Assembly (NCBI GenBank): GCA_973895155.1
Contig: OZ316898.1
Span: 8,729,079-8,793,078, forward strand
Length of the DNA: 64,000 bases
Direction: 5' to 3'
Source: Marsupella aquatica
Taxonomy: Eukaryota > Plantae > Marchantiophyta
The notes beneath the pieces were generated by a model that saw only the letters and a list, made by a program, of their open reading frames with translations, did no database searches and was not told the origin of the DNA. Position numbers and translations under genes: made by a program. Shown piece after piece: positions 43,077 to 57,000 of this stretch (within the stretch, counting starts at the first letter, position 1; every line of letters begins with the position of its first letter).

Positions 43077-46000
43077 TCAAGATCTTTGGCCTAGGAAGCT
43101 TTCACGCCTAAAGAAATTAAACATCTCAATACCACTAGAATCAGTTTGTGTTGGAGGATTGGTGCTATCACCTGCGACAGAGTTGGGAAAGAAACACATG
43201 TGATCTTGTTGTGGGTCCATGTCATCCCTATTCTCATCCTCGATGACAGTGTCCATTTGCTGGGTTCTCGCCCTAAGCTCAAGCCAGAGGGTCTGAAGCT
43301 CATTCAACACCTCACTCATGCTTGGTCTTACTTTTGATTGCAAGTCCAAACATTTCACGGCTAACATTCCAACATTGATAACAGATTCCCTCACATGGCC
43401 AGCCAGATCACTGTAGGTATTCATAAGAGCCGGATCAATCAGTGATCTTAAATCTGTATTCTTAATATATGGGATAGCAATATTCACCAGACCTACTTTC
43501 TGTCCATCCACATCACTGTCTATTGCAGGCCTGGCTGAGATGAGCTCTAGAAGTACCACGCCAAAGCCATACACATCACTCTTGTCAGTCAGGCGATACG
43601 AGGTGTAATACTCAGGATCCATGTATCCAATAGTGCCATGGATTGCCATAGTTGATACATGGGTGGCTTCGAGAGGTGCCAACCTTGAGATCCCAAAATC
43701 TGCCACTTTTGCATCAAGATCCTCATTCAACAAAATGTTGGCAGACTTCACGTCCCTGTGGAAGATTGGAAAGGTCGCTGCAGAATGAAGGTAATTGAGA
43801 GCGTCTGCTGTTTGAACAGCAATCTTAAGGCGTTGTTCCCAGGTCAAGGGATCAGTCCCAATCTTCCCTTGGAGATGCTCTTGGAGTGTGCCATTCGACA
43901 CAAACTCAAAGACAAGCAAAGCAATCTTGTTCTCCAAACAACACCCCAAGAGCTTCACAAGATTGCGATGGCTCACCTGAGACAAGATCCTTACCTCATT
44001 CAAAAACTGCTCCTTATCCTTGTCAACTCCCTCGCGCTTGCTTCGCTTGATGGCCACTGTGGTTCCGTCATTTAGTTTGCCTTTGTATACAATCCCAAAG
44101 CCTCCCTTTCCTACTTGTGCACTCTCTGCAAAGTTGTCTGTGGCTTTTTTGAGCTCCCTGAGGGACATCAAAGTTGCTGCATCCCTTTCCATCAGTGTTC
44201 TGATCAAATCCTCATCTTGCTGGTGCCTTTTTCGGTACACTCTCAATCTCCAAGCAGTAGCCAAACAGCTTCCAATGGCTACTACCATAGATCCACCAAT
44301 TATGATCAACAACAACCACCAGCGTAGAGCTCCTGCCCCGGAGGTCCCGGAGTTCCCGGAGTTCCCTAAGGTCCCGGAGGGCCCCTTAGGAACAGCTTGG
44401 GGACATGGAAATAAAGGATAGCCACAAAGTGCACTGTTGCCGGAAAAGATGCTTGGGTTGAATAAGCTACTATTTGGCGGTATGTAAGGAAGAGCTCCAG
44501 CTAGATCGTTGTTGGACACATCAAAACTTTCCAGACTCGGAAGCGAAATGATGTCTTCTGGACAAGGTCCCGTTATATCATTTTTAGAGAGATCTAGGAA
44601 CCTCAGAGACGGTAAACATGTCCTGTTGAAAGCTGCAGCCAATATGTTCCCATCTAGATGATTGTTGCTGAGATCTAACACATTGAATTGAACGGCTGGA
44701 TCACTATAACTAGATTGGGAAACAAAGCATGCACGCGGGAGAGAGGTTCCTGAGAAATTGTTCCCGCCAGCCCTAAACTCTATCAACCTGCCAGTAGAGG
44801 TGAGCTGCTCCAGTGTAGCCCAGATTGGGTCAGGAATGGCTGTTGACGTGCTCCATCGAAGATTGTTGTCACTGAGGTCCAAGACTTCTAAATGAAAATT
44901 GGTACAATTGGCCGTTCTCGACAGGTCTCCAGTGAAAAGATTGCCATGCGCTCGCACCTCATATGTTCGATAAAAACACGCCTCAGTGCCAAGACCTTGG
45001 ACCATAACCTCGACAATATCTCCAGACAAGTGGTTGTACTGAAGCCACAAACGCTGGATCAAGTTGTCGGTGCTTGTGAAGATGTTCACGGGAATACTCC
45101 CACTCAGGTTGTTGTGACTCAGATCCAGAAAATTAAAACACAGATAATTAGCTCCATCGATTGGTATGCCGCCAGTGAGGAGATTGCGTGACACGTTCAC
45201 GGAAGCACAAGTTCCCGCAAACTGTCCGGAGTTCTGTTGTAGCATATCAGCAGGGATTCGTCCTTGGAGCTGATTTTGAGATAGATCCAAGAAGAAATTG
45301 TTTCTGTACAGCTGAGAAAATCCTGAAGGTATTTGGCCTGACAATCGGTTGCGCGACAGGTCGAGAATCTCGAGACTTAACAACGTTGTTACATTAGAGG
45401 GAATCACGCCGTCAAGTTGGTTGAGGGAGGCAGACAAGTGCTGCAGAGAACTGTTCGGACCGAGGAACCAGGGCTCCTCGAACCCTGTGAAGCGGTTGTT
45501 GTCGAGCTTTAGCTGGAGCAGACTGGACAAGTGTGGAAGAGCCGGAATAGTACCATTCAAATCATTATTGGACAGATCTACTTCGACAAGATGACGTAGT
45601 TCCCCGAGCTCTCTCGGAAACATGCCAGAAAGAAAGTTGTCACCAAGAAAAAGAGACTGCAAATTAACCAAGCTGCTTAGATTGGGGATATCACCAGTAA
45701 GTTGATTCTGCTGTAGAGAGAGGAACCGCAGGCTCCGGCAGGAAGAAATATTGGTGGGTATCGTTGTAAAGAGTTGGTTCTGTGAGAGATCCAGCCGCGT
45801 CAGTTGAGTCAACGTGCCGATATCGTCGGGAAGGTTGCCCACATTGTTGGATGACAAATCCAACTGACGAAGATCTTTGAGGTTGGACAACATTGCGAAA
45901 CTCAGACCTTGACTATTGACGTCGAATACACCCCAACCCGAGAAGTCAAGCTGCCACACTGTGTGATTGTTTGTGCAAGTAACTCCAACCCAAGCACACG

Positions 46001-46217
46001 GGTTCTCCTCACTCTCGTTCCATGTATTCCAATATCCTTTGCCTGAAAAGGTCATCGTGTTGGCGTCTCTGAAATTCAGGAGAGTACCGACCTCTTCGCT
46101 TCGATTCTGAGCGTATACTTGTGCCAACAAGGAAAAGTAGAGAAGGCAAGCTGAGATCAATTTACGTGACCACGTCGTCGAGAACACTGAGAGCATTGAA
46201 TAAAGGAAAGACGCCAT
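43077..46217 (-). CDS. Intronless LRR receptor-like kinase with WAK-like RD kinase domain
   Basis: First ATG 46217, signal peptide, CAWVGVTC N-cap, about 18 LxxLxLSxNxLxGxIP repeats, GNSALCGYPL C-cap, TM helix, kinase GKGGFG..VAIK..HRDVKSANILL..DFG..GTIGYMDPEY. Confidence 0.95.
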   Translation of the reverse strand: MASFLYSMLSVFSTTWSRKLISACLLYFSLLAQVYAQNRSEEVGTLLNFRDANTMTFSGKGYWNTWNESEENPCAWVGVTCTNNHTVWQLDFSGWGVFDVNSQGLSFAMLSNLKDLRQLDLSSNNVGNLPDDIGTLTQLTRLDLSQNQLFTTIPTNISSCRSLRFLSLQQNQLTGDIPNLSSLVNLQSLFLGDNFLSGMFPRELGELRHLVEVDLSNNDLNGTIPALPHLSSLLQLKLDNNRFTGFEEPWFLGPNSSLQHLSASLNQLDGVIPSNVTTLLSLEILDLSRNRLSGQIPSGFSQLYRNNFFLDLSQNQLQGRIPADMLQQNSGQFAGTCASVNVSRNLLTGGIPIDGANYLCFNFLDLSHNNLSGSIPVNIFTSTDNLIQRLWLQYNHLSGDIVEVMVQGLGTEACFYRTYEVRAHGNLFTGDLSRTANCTNFHLEVLDLSDNNLRWSTSTAIPDPIWATLEQLTSTGRLIEFRAGGNNFSGTSLPRACFVSQSSYSDPAVQFNVLDLSNNHLDGNILAAAFNRTCLPSLRFLDLSKNDITGPCPEDIISLPSLESFDVSNNDLAGALPYIPPNSSLFNPSIFSGNSALCGYPLFPCPQAVPKGPSGTLGNSGNSGTSGAGALRWWLLLIIIGGSMVVAIGSCLATAWRLRVYRKRHQQDEDLIRTLMERDAATLMSLRELKKATDNFAESAQVGKGGFGIVYKGKLNDGTTVAIKRSKREGVDKDKEQFLNEVRILSQVSHRNLVKLLGCCLENKIALLVFEFVSNGTLQEHLQGKIGTDPLTWEQRLKIAVQTADALNYLHSAATFPIFHRDVKSANILLNEDLDAKVADFGISRLAPLEATHVSTMAIHGTIGYMDPEYYTSYRLTDKSDVYGFGVVLLELISARPAIDSDVDGQKVGLVNIAIPYIKNTDLRSLIDPALMNTYSDLAGHVRESVINVGMLAVKCLDLQSKVRPSMSEVLNELQTLWLELRARTQQMDTVIEDENRDDMDPQQDHMCFFPNSVAGDSTNPPTQTDSSGIEMFNFFRRESFLGQRS

Positions 46218-47631
46218 AGTCCCTAAGCTAGAGTTAGGATAATTTGTCCCGACAGACTCCCCTGAAACAACTGCCCTTAATGTTGACGCCACTTAACGAT
46301 TGCTTTTGCTCTACATCACGTACACAATTCCGCTGCGCAATATCTGATTTAACTATGGCTCAGCTACGGTAGCAAAATCACGGTAGTACGTGATATAGCT
46401 ACGGTAGCTATCGATTCATCTGCTCTGGCGCCCATGAGGTCGCTCGGGTAGTATTGCAGCGGATGGGGCGGGAGGAGGACCTACTGTAAAGTAAGGATGG
46501 AATGGGATCTAGGGGAAGAAGTATCCTGTGGAGCTGCCTAAATGGCCATTTCTGTCCTATTGCTCCTTAATGCGAAGCTCATCGTTTCATGGTAAAGGTC
46601 TAGAGCTTTTAAACCCCGACAAAGGCCTTGGGCTTCCACTCGATCACCCAGAATCGTGGACAGTTTTCGTCTCGATTCGCAGTGTTGGCCGGGCTTTTCC
46701 AGTTTGTACACAATATCGGAGGTTATCGAGGTCGTTGAAAATTATCTCCGGCCTTGACACATACCTCCCCTCTTCAGTTGACAGGAAAAGGACCTTGCAA
46801 TGTAGTGTCATCCAGGTCGTCAATCTCCTGCTGGGACCGTGGTCTTTCTTGCAAGGTTTCTTCTTGTGGCGGAGTCATCGCAGCGCTACGACGTGGAATC
46901 AAAGTATTGTGCGTTCTTAAAAACTTTCTGGGGGCCCAGTCTACATCCTATGCGGCCTTACGTCACCTGACGACCTAATCCGTTCGGACATTTCATCCAA
47001 TTTTCATAGAAGCACGATGGCGATCTGCCCGTGCATGAATTAACTAACAGGTTTCTATATGAAATATGCGTTGTAAACATCGTACGTTTCCGGACATCTG
47101 GTACAAAGCTATTTTCGTGCCGCCTCAATTCTCAATAGCAAAGCATTGATCGAGGCTCATTGTCAGGACAAACCATAGTTTGCCCTCTCTGAAATGCTTG
47201 TTCCATATGTCGCTCGCAGGACCACGCCTGACCTTTTCAAACCAGCTCACTGTCAAGCATCCGACATCATTCGGAAAAATGCCGCATCATAACGGGAAAA
47301 GACAATCACGGGAACAGTAGTTCTGTTTCAGACGGCTGCCAGCTTCAACAATTTCGAACAGCTTTATTTTTTTCACAGTCTCACGTCCGTCAAATCTCAC
47401 GCTACATGGGAATGTGAACAAATTTGGTTCGAATTGGCGAGAGCTGTGGACTGTGCTTTGTCCTCATGGCCGATTTGGAAGGGCAATAACACGTGAACTG
47501 AGGAGAGAACCGGTGAAACTCTTCAGTGCGAGATGCTGTATAACCGCCATATAAAAGCCATATAAAAGGAGAAGTGTCCAAGACTTCTCTCTTCTTCACA
47601 TTCTCTTCTTCACATTCGTACAGGGAGACGA

Positions 47632-47735
47632 TAGTGTTCCACAATTGGAAAAATACTAAAAATGGTGAAACTTGGGTTTTTGTCATGGCTAGTGAATGTG
47701 TTCCACAATTTGGAAAAATACTAAAAATGGTGAAA
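47632..47735. repeat. Two ~37-bp direct repeats
   Basis: gtgttccacaatt(t)ggaaaaatactaaaaatggtgaaa twice. Confidence 0.8.
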
Positions 47736-50566
47736 TCTGTGTAACCAAGGTTTTGTGGCTAGTGGCTCTTTACAGACAATATAAAGAGTTTGAAGTGTCT
47801 TTTGTTATCTATTATTGTAATTGTGTACAGAAAAACTGATAGGTCAAAACGTACACACTGTATGCTTACTTATACATTGAATTTTAAAAAAGCATAAACA
47901 GTTTTTTTTTTTTAAGTATACTATGTATAGCAGGATGATATGTCAAAAATCCAGCCGGATGGTAACTTGGTTTTTAAGTACCTCCTGACATATACACTTT
48001 AGATACTAGTCAATAGATCTTGGAGCACCTAATCTTGTCTTGCTAGACTTAGATAAATGAAAAAACAAAAATTCTTTAAAAATTGCCTAAAAGGGTGAGA
48101 TTCCTATCAAAAAGGTAAAATAGTTTGTCTTGTAATGTTTTCCCTCAAAATTATTCCCCATGTTGAAAAGAATAATTAATCATTCCCTTTCAGAGTTTGG
48201 ATGGGTTGTTTACTAACCCCTTAAAGCAAGAATAAATTAATGTTGGGTGACTTGTTTCAAATTCTTGTTTGCGGGCTCAAGGGGAGGGGGTTTCAAACAA
48301 GAAAATTAAAATCATTAAGAGGGGGTAAAAATTAATTCCAAAGTCCAAAATACAAAGGATACATCTTGGCTAAAATAAATCAACACAAAAATATATTCCA
48401 AAGATCTCAATAAGACAAAGTAACCCGAGTAGGCTCCTGAACAAGTTTATACCGTATACAGATCCCTAACAAAGAACCTAGTAAGGTCACAAGTGAAAAC
48501 CATTACAATAACTCATTAGAGTTGTTTTTTCATTCACCCTTATTGGGTGTGGTCAACATAGCTTTCCAGTAAACCAACCCAGTAACCCTTGGGGATGCTC
48601 TTAGGGGGTCCCAAACCTCTCCAAGGGTACGGGCAAACTTCTTCATAGCCCCCAAAATTCCCACATGGCGGGCAAAAATGGTATAGAGCTTTCCCAGTAA
48701 GTGCTGGGCCATATCTCTAAAACATTAGCAGTTAGACCCCAATTGGCCACCAAATTTGAGGGCACTGGCTTGAGGGAATTGGCAGCCGGTGGACAGTGCC
48801 ACAATCCTTGCCTCTTTTCTGTTTGACGTTACTTCTCTAACGATGCACATGTCACAAGATCCTGGGTTTGCCTGGAACCTAATTCCAACATGGCACCAAG
48901 TGCTGTGCACGTTACCTGAGGAGAGGCATCAGTGAAACTCTGTTGGGAAGAGTGCAAGATGCTAATTTGAACAGAGATTGTCTTTCCTGAAAATAGAGGC
49001 TTAGGGTATGTCAAACCTAAAAATTTGATAGACCTTGACTTTTAGTAGTTAAGGTTACCCACAGAAAAAGCTATGCACCACCAAATTCATAATATAACCA
49101 TTTGCCAGACAGTTTGGTCATATGGGATGACCATAAGTCAGAGACTAGTGACAAGAAACAAAACAATAATGTATAGAACCCTGTGGAAAAGCTATGGCCA
49201 ATTGTTCATGGCCAAAAGCCATCATCCCCAACTTTCTAAAGCAAAGAAAGACTTAAGCGCCCCCTCCTGCATCTTGTGGACTTGATAGATGTCAAAAATG
49301 GATTTTACTTAACCAGGCCCTTCAGACTGTGGACCGTCAAAAGTTCTCAAATTGACCAGTACTTAAAATGCAGTTATCCTCACATTTGAACGCAAATTAT
49401 TGATGAAATACAGTTATCTTCACACTTAAGTGCAATTGACGTCAGGTCCTTCTCTGTTGCGTAGGGCTCCACCACTTGCTTCACTCAGAATCACAAGTCA
49501 ACCAGCAGATTTTTGAGAAAATTGTAATATTTTATTACATTATGGAATCAATCAATGGTGAACATTATTTAATGTGACTAGCCCCAACTACCTGTTCTTT
49601 GAAGTAAATAGCACAGAAGATAATAAAAAAATTATCAAAATATATTTTCTATTTATATTCTTTGAAGATTAATGAAATGATTAAAAAAACCATCATTTTA
49701 ATAGTCATATGTAATATATCATTCTTCTTGATGTATGCACATTCATGTTCTATGCACATATGTTGTGGTGGGGCCATACTGCCTATATTTTTTGAATGTA
49801 AATATTTAAAAATTATCACATAAAATTGACATGTACATACATCATAGTCATGTCATAAATTTTTCCCATTCAGATGATGACCATAGAGTTCCGGTCTAGA
49901 GGCTTCACTCTAGACCCTACCTTGTGAAGAGTAGGCTGCAGTTTGCGCTTTATTAGTAAGATCTGTGAAGTTCAAGCTATATAAGTACTGAGAAAATTTG
50001 GGACATTTTGGACATCTCCAAGACTCTATCGTACAAAATCCTCAAAATCATTTCCTCACAAAATGTAAGCTAGACATTTGGACACTTTTCTTTAGATATT
50101 TGTTTTGCAAGCCATGAATTTTGTTCTTGAATGGAGTTGACCCATTCCAAAAAGATGAAGTGGTTATTGGTTTTTTGTGGGCTGGATATGGTATAAATTG
50201 CAAACTACAAAGGACTAAAGAAAACTGCACTAATGTAATGTACATTGTAATTTATGAAAACACTATTTTTTGAGGATATATCATTGAGTGTTGGGACGGG
50301 GTGTTGGAGATATAAAACAACTTTTCTCACCATTGCTATGTATCACAACACTATCTTTTTTCTGAACAATCATGCATTTTGCATCATGTGTGTGTTGTTG
50401 CACGGTCTCTCTGGGCAGCACTACAACAACTATATTCTCATTACTTCATGAAATTTACCATGGTGTTAATTGAATCCACCCAATACATAAAAAATGTTTT
50501 GGCAATTTTCCTTTACTAAAGCAAGAAATCAAAATTTCCATGGCTTGATCAAAAGTTGTGGAACTC

Positions 50567-51245
50567 AACTACCCTAACACTTAGCTCCGGCGTTGCGGAC
50601 TCCAACGCCGAACTCCTCTATATTCCAGGCCTCCGGAACGGCCATCCAGCGGGGATAAGTATTGGGAGACTATTGGGTGAGTTAGACGGTGTGACCTGGT
50701 ACAAACAATTGTGACTACCTTTATGAGCTGGATCCTAGTTCCACTCATCTCGGTCTCTTAAGGACAAAGTTTGGATTGCATACATGGGCGCTAGAGGTTG
50801 TTGGGTGGCCAATTTGCTTTTTGCAAGTGGAAGTTAAAGGTGCTTGTCTCACATTTGTGGTAGGTTTAATCAAACTAAAGTGGGAACTAAAGGCTGGTAC
50901 CCCAAGGACAGAACAATTATGGCTTCAAGGAGTTTGGAGTTGGCTTACTCACACTGATTGGCGTCCAACTTGGATAAGTTAGACTGGTTGGGATCTCCTA
51001 AGTTTGGAATGCACGCACCAATCTGGTTTGCATCTGCCTTATGGGCAAACTATTTGTTACCTCATAATATTTTTCAGACCTAAAGTGTTCTAGGTGTGTT
51101 GGAACATTTACTTGGTTCACACGGATGTGACCATTTTTAAGGGGGGTGCAAGTGGCGGAAGTCGGCTACCCTAACAATTAGTTGTGGCGTTGCGGACTCC
51201 GATGCCGAGCTCCTCTATGGTCCAGGCCTTCAGAACGGCCATCCG
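50567..51245. repeat. Two dispersed ~80-bp direct repeats about 600 bp apart
   Basis: ctaccctaaca.ttag...ggcgttgcggactcc.a.gccga.ctcctctat..tccaggcct...gaacggccatcc at ~50568 and ~51166. Confidence 0.8.
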
Positions 51246-52841
51246 GTCCCGCATCCTGTGGGGACTAAGTAACTATGGGGAGACAATTAAGTGTGGGCAA
51301 CAAAGCGTTGCACTAGTAAGCTAGCTAAGGGTAATGTGTTATGCTGGTGATGCACACTAAAGACTTAGACTAGTGAGGGTGTTGGTTGGATCATGGGAAA
51401 GACCAAGCTCAAAGTGGACCGTCCGGACCCCCGACTGGACTTTGAATTCTCAACAAGAAGTCCTCCACTTCATGGATGCTTTGGAAAGCTCTTGAGGAGT
51501 ACTACATCCTCTTGAGCTCATATGGGTCTAAGGGTTCCTTTGGATCTCAAGCTTTGCGAGGGCTATTTTGCCCGGTTGCCAATTCCTACCGAAATAGTAG
51601 CCAAGCTGCGTTTAGTTTACACGGGAGCTTGCGTTGGGGAGGCAACACAATGTAGGCATGGGTGTTAGGTCCAAGTGCATTCGGCTCCTAGATTCTCAGT
51701 TTGGTTGGAACCTTAGAGCGGGCCTTAGAGATGGTTGCTAGTGTTGGGGCCAAACTGGTCCCGGAGTTTAGGACAAATTAGCTTAGTTGGGCCATGAGCG
51801 TGTCCTAGGGCAGGGTGGTCAGCTAGGAACAAATAGGAAATGGGGAAGCACGGCAACACCAGGTAGAGGGGCTATTCTGGACGAATAGTGGCTGTCGGCT
51901 TTGGCTTTGACTTATAGCAAGGATGTGTGGGCATGACAAGTTCTATTCGCTCACTTACTTACCAACGTCTGTTGAGCTTGAGTTGAGATGCTAGTCTTGG
52001 AGTTCCTAGATCATGTGGGGTTATTTACCTAGGTATTTGGTTGCTTGTGCAGACAGTGAGGACCGTTGAGCGATGATTGAGTTAGGGAGCAAGTGCGGTT
52101 TTGTATGGGAGTTGCCACCAAAGGTGCTAAAGGTACCAAGTTGCTTGCTCAAGGAGTTCTGTGTAGGCATCCAGACACCAAGGGCACTTAGGCAAGAGTG
52201 TTGGGATTGGTGAGGGCGTTGGGTGGCTAGGTCCACTTCTATCAATCTGAACGCAAGTATTAGGGACGATCATTTCGCTCAAGACATCATTAATTATGAG
52301 TTGGGAAAAGCTTTACAATATACTCATATTTAGGAATATTCTAAGCATTTCATATAAAACACCCATTTATGAGTTCATGCATTGTTTTTACATTTAAAAA
52401 ATGAATCTAAGAAGAAATTACTTATGGCACTATCCTATGTTTTGAAAAGGAAATATTAACTTAATGGATTGCAGTCTGTTAGCTTTCCAAGAACTTGGAC
52501 CCATTCTCTATGGTATCTACTGATCATACATGGCAAGCAGCTAGTGGGCCCAGAGAAATGCCCATGTGGAGTGCTTATTTTTCCTAGAACATCTTTAGGA
52601 TGAGCTGGAGTTGATAAAAATTTATAGTCAAGTGATCCAACCATTTATAAACTTTGGCTCCTCGATTCAAGTTTTCGTAACAGATGATACAGTAAAAAAG
52701 GAATTTGCATTATTGAAATTTGTGTGGAAGGACCAATGATTTGAATTTATTGAAATTTTTGGTCTCTTGTGTATTTTAGAACAAAGTGGCCCTCACTTGG
52801 ATGGAAAACAGTCACGGTGCCCTGACTACTTGTACAAGACT

Positions 52842-52940
52842 GTGGGGCACTTGTGAACTCTTTTTACCAGAGCAATCTGGAGGACCATTTTGATGGGGCA
52901 CTTGTGAACTCTTTTACCAAAGCAAACTGGAGTACCATTT
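52842..52940. repeat. Two ~48-bp direct repeats
   Basis: tggggcacttgtgaactctttt...gca..ctggag.accattt twice. Confidence 0.8.
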
Positions 52941-54040
52941 CAAATACTAAAGATAGTGTATCAAGGCAAGAAGAGTTCTTGGGAATCCTTTGATGGCCCT
53001 CATAGTCTTGTAAAGCTAACTGCGATACATGGTGTTAGAATCATTTGCTAAGATACAAGAAGGGGACCCTCTCCACATGAAAGTCACCTACAATAATTAT
53101 TTGGCTAGAGCCCTTCTAGCATTGATAAAATAATATCTGATGAAGGACTTGTGAATCCACTTTAAAAAAACAGACTCAAACTAGGCCTAGCCCAAGCTAC
53201 CAGAAGAAGAGACCTCCAACACAGGTGATCTAAATTTTGGGACCAAAATGTGCTCCTCACAAGCAAAAATCTGGGCTCCATTCCATGTAGGGATTGGCAA
53301 CAATATAGAAAGAAATGACACTCAAGAGTTTATAAAGTGAACTCAATTGTATCTCCCAACTAGATGGCCTTGAGCCCATCTTGGAGAACAAAAAATGTAG
53401 ACACTTTTTGGCCGGCTCTTTGGGTCTTGGGTTTTCCCTGTTTTTTCCCTTTGTTTTCCCCTTTATTGGGGTTTTTGCCTTTGGGGATCATGTATCCTAG
53501 TAAGAGTGGCTTTACAAGAACTTGGGGGCAGCAATTCCTTTCTTTCTAAGTGAGAGATGCAATCCTAGCCATTCATATGTGGGAACTGGTCACACTTCAC
53601 TTTACATGAACTTGGGGCACAATCAAGCAAAAGCATTACCCAACCTAGTCATCTATCAGTGGGCCCTTGTGGGTCCCCTTTTTTATGATGCAACCTTTTT
53701 TGTCAAAAACTTGGACCTCCATTCCGATTTCTCCTTGTTTCTCTTGTTTCAGCAATTTGATTGGCTTACACATCTTTTAAAGCACAAAACTATTGCGTCG
53801 CGAGTTTACACACATCATCACGAAGAAGCATAGATTCACAATTTCTGCAGCAGTCCTGAACGTGAAGCTTGATTCGAGAGTACCCCCATTTTGCAATTTA
53901 AAGAGTTGATGAGTTCTGACCGCGACAATTTGTCTCACGAGAGTAATTTGTAGTCCAGTCCAATTTCCGTGCGCTATTGATTGCTTGGGGAAATTCTACC
54001 TCGCCTGAAGCGCCCTAAGCGGACAAATAGTGAGCGGCCG

Positions 54041-57000
54041 ATGGCAGAAATTAGTGATCCTGCGCAAGCGCTTCCAATTGACATCGCATACAACAAACTG
54101 GCAGGTATGATGCATGCCTTCCTCGCGGTATGCTTCGAAGGTGTTTTGAATGTTCGGTTGCTTCAGAGCTCGTTTGAGAATTATAGAGTTAACTCGTCGG
54201 CTGTTTTTCGTTCTGACCTAATCAGAGTTCGTGTATTTTGAATTCTGAAGGCTTGGCATCTCAAATTGATACAATTCGTGAGTTGGGGTTGACATTGAGA
54301 GCACTGTCCATGTAGATTGGCTGGTGGATCGCAGGAAGGTACCACCGGATTGGCGCAAGAAATTGGCTACGGTTCAAGCGAAGGTCTCTGCTGCTCTGTC
54401 AACATTGCCACGCAGCGTGGACCCTAGCTTTGGAGGCCTCACTCCAGACTGTGAGTTCTTGCTCATATTCAAAATCCAACTAGGAGAAGCAACGCTCGGT
54501 TAGGTTTAATAAATTCCGCTTTTTCGTTGAACGCTGCTATTTATTGGCGGTACGCAAGTTCTTGCGTGGAGCTCAGCTCCTGTAAGGATACTTAGGTTCA
54601 TTGTCCAATCTGAAAGTAGAAGCTCTGTTCGAAGGCTAATGAAGGCTCTAGCTTTTGAGAACCTCTGGATTATAATGCCTTGGTCCTTCTAGAACTTCCT
54701 CACTCAATACAAGCATAGCTCAGGAATACTATCCGCATGACATTTATTGCAATATTTTTGGTAAAAAATGTACGAACCTACTCTCATTAGAAGATTCAGA
54801 GTTTACGGTATTGATGCTTGACCTGCTCCAGGTACAGGATACTTGGAGGCCAAAAATATCAGGAATGTCCTCCTCGCACGACCAGAATCTCGAAATCTTT
54901 TCGGAAGGCCTACTGGAGCAGCAGTGAGTACACCTTCATTTTCAGATTGTTTCCTCTTGAATTTGCCTCAAGGCTCCATTTGGAAAGTGTTTCCTAATCT
55001 GCGGGGTAATGAAATATCGTTTGCCTTGTTGTTTTTTTTGCTGATGCAGGCTGAATGGGATGCTATTGTCTCAGCATATGAGAAAGATCCTATCTTTTTA
55101 GGGGAAGCTGCACAGATAATGGTTCAAAGCACCAATTATGACATGTAAGTTCACTTTGTGAGAAAGTAAGACTGTGTCTGTCTGTGTCGTTAATTGGCAA
55201 GGGAGCATACAAAGCATTGCATAGTATTACAAAGTATTATATTTTTGTTTTTGGCAAGTTATAAAGCTAACAGAAGAGTGCTTTGACCCGTTGGTTCCGT
55301 GAAAAGACCATATCAGAAGAGGCAGATAGCTAAGTTGCAACAGCAACTAGCTGATTTGGAGCGCAAAGAGTCTGAGTTGAAGCGTAATGCTGTTCAATCT
55401 GCTTCCAAATATGGACAGGCCTGCGAGGAGCTCGGAATTCCTGTACGCTTTCCCCAGGATTTGAAGGTTTTACATGAAATAGTTTTGCATCTGAGCACTT
55501 CCGTTTGATAAGTGAGGAATGCCTTGGATAGCTACTTCTATAAAATGTGCTGATACTTTCTTTCATGACAGGGCATTAACGTGAGGGCCGAGTTGCTGGC
55601 CTTGGGAAAAACTCTTCCAAATATATTTGCCGATGTTGTCGACGGGCTTTGCAGTGGTGTAATTGGCTCTGCTTTGGAGTACTATCAGGGCTTCAGCTCA
55701 TATGCACATTCAATACAAGGGGTAAGGGGAACAGGACAAGCATCAGTGAGAATTGTTTTATTGTGCTCAAACCTCGTCGTATTGGATTCTATGTAATGAA
55801 ATAGGATTTCGTTCTTGGCGGGACAAATGCGGCTCAGGGTTTTTGATGAAGCATCTAACTTTCGTGTCTTTTGGTCAAAGGATGAGTCGACAACTGTACT
55901 TTCGACTTTGACTGATCTCCGCGTCAATCCTCCAGACGTTCTCGCTGAACTGAAGGTCACGTCACCCCAGACTATATCAGATGATCCACCAGATATGCAA
56001 GTGGACATGGGAATCGACTGGGGTGTCGGACCAGAGGATGTGGACGCCAGCACACCCATAGACATCGATTGGAACATTGGTACAATGGAGGAAATCGATG
56101 TCCAAGACCGCACTGTCCGTTCGAGTGATGCGCAAAATCTTGACAAAGGGGCAAGCTATGATTCACCAGCGCTTGCAGAGGATAGTCCAGCACAGGATAT
56201 CCAAAGAAGTTCAGAAATCAGTTGGGATGTAGAATTACCTGCTGAAATAAATTGGGACATTGATGTGGAGGAAGTTGGGGTGTTATCAACTCCTGAACTT
56301 TCTCAGATAGGTGATCAACCGACATCAAATGAAGGGATTGACCCAGTGAAAGTGGGTGAGAGTCAAGGTTCGCCATCAAGTTGGTTTTCAAAAATTGAGA
56401 ATAGAAACAGACTACTCGATGATCTTTTTGAGGTATGCATCTGAATGGAGTGGATCTTGCATCCTTGGATTCATCATATTAGAATAGGATATGGTCGTCG
56501 ACAAATATGCCGTTCTCTTAGCTTATTAGCCCAGGGAATTGGCCTTTAGGTTGAAATTTGCAGGACCCAGTTGGTAGTCCACAACCTAATCAATTTCCTT
56601 GCTTTTAGATTTTCGTCGTTGTTGGCCTTCTCGGTTAAGACAAGCACGTTACAGAAATCTCATCTAACTAGACTTTGTGGGTTACAGTTGAAGTTATTTC
56701 TTAAGCAGAGACTGCAAGAGATAGATAGTGATGAAACATCAGCCCTTCAAAATCAAGTCCAGGTGGTTGCTCCACCTTCAATTCCACAACACGGGTCTGA
56801 AACTCTGACAGCAATGGCATCGAGTGTTACGAAGGCCCTCAGTCTATTTTCTAATCGAGCAACCCGGGAATTGATACTGATATCCACTTCAATGAGGTAT
56901 ATTTACATCTCCATTCGCAGTCATCGGCGTTAACGGAAGATGTTCTTCAGCCAGTTTCAGTCGAAGTCACTACTGTATGTGAATTATTTCTATGTTTCCT

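Noticed and set aside
47800-53900. Short ORFs in the long intergenic region
   Set aside because: All about 100 aa or shorter, many with non-ATG starts, no motifs; probably decayed repeats.
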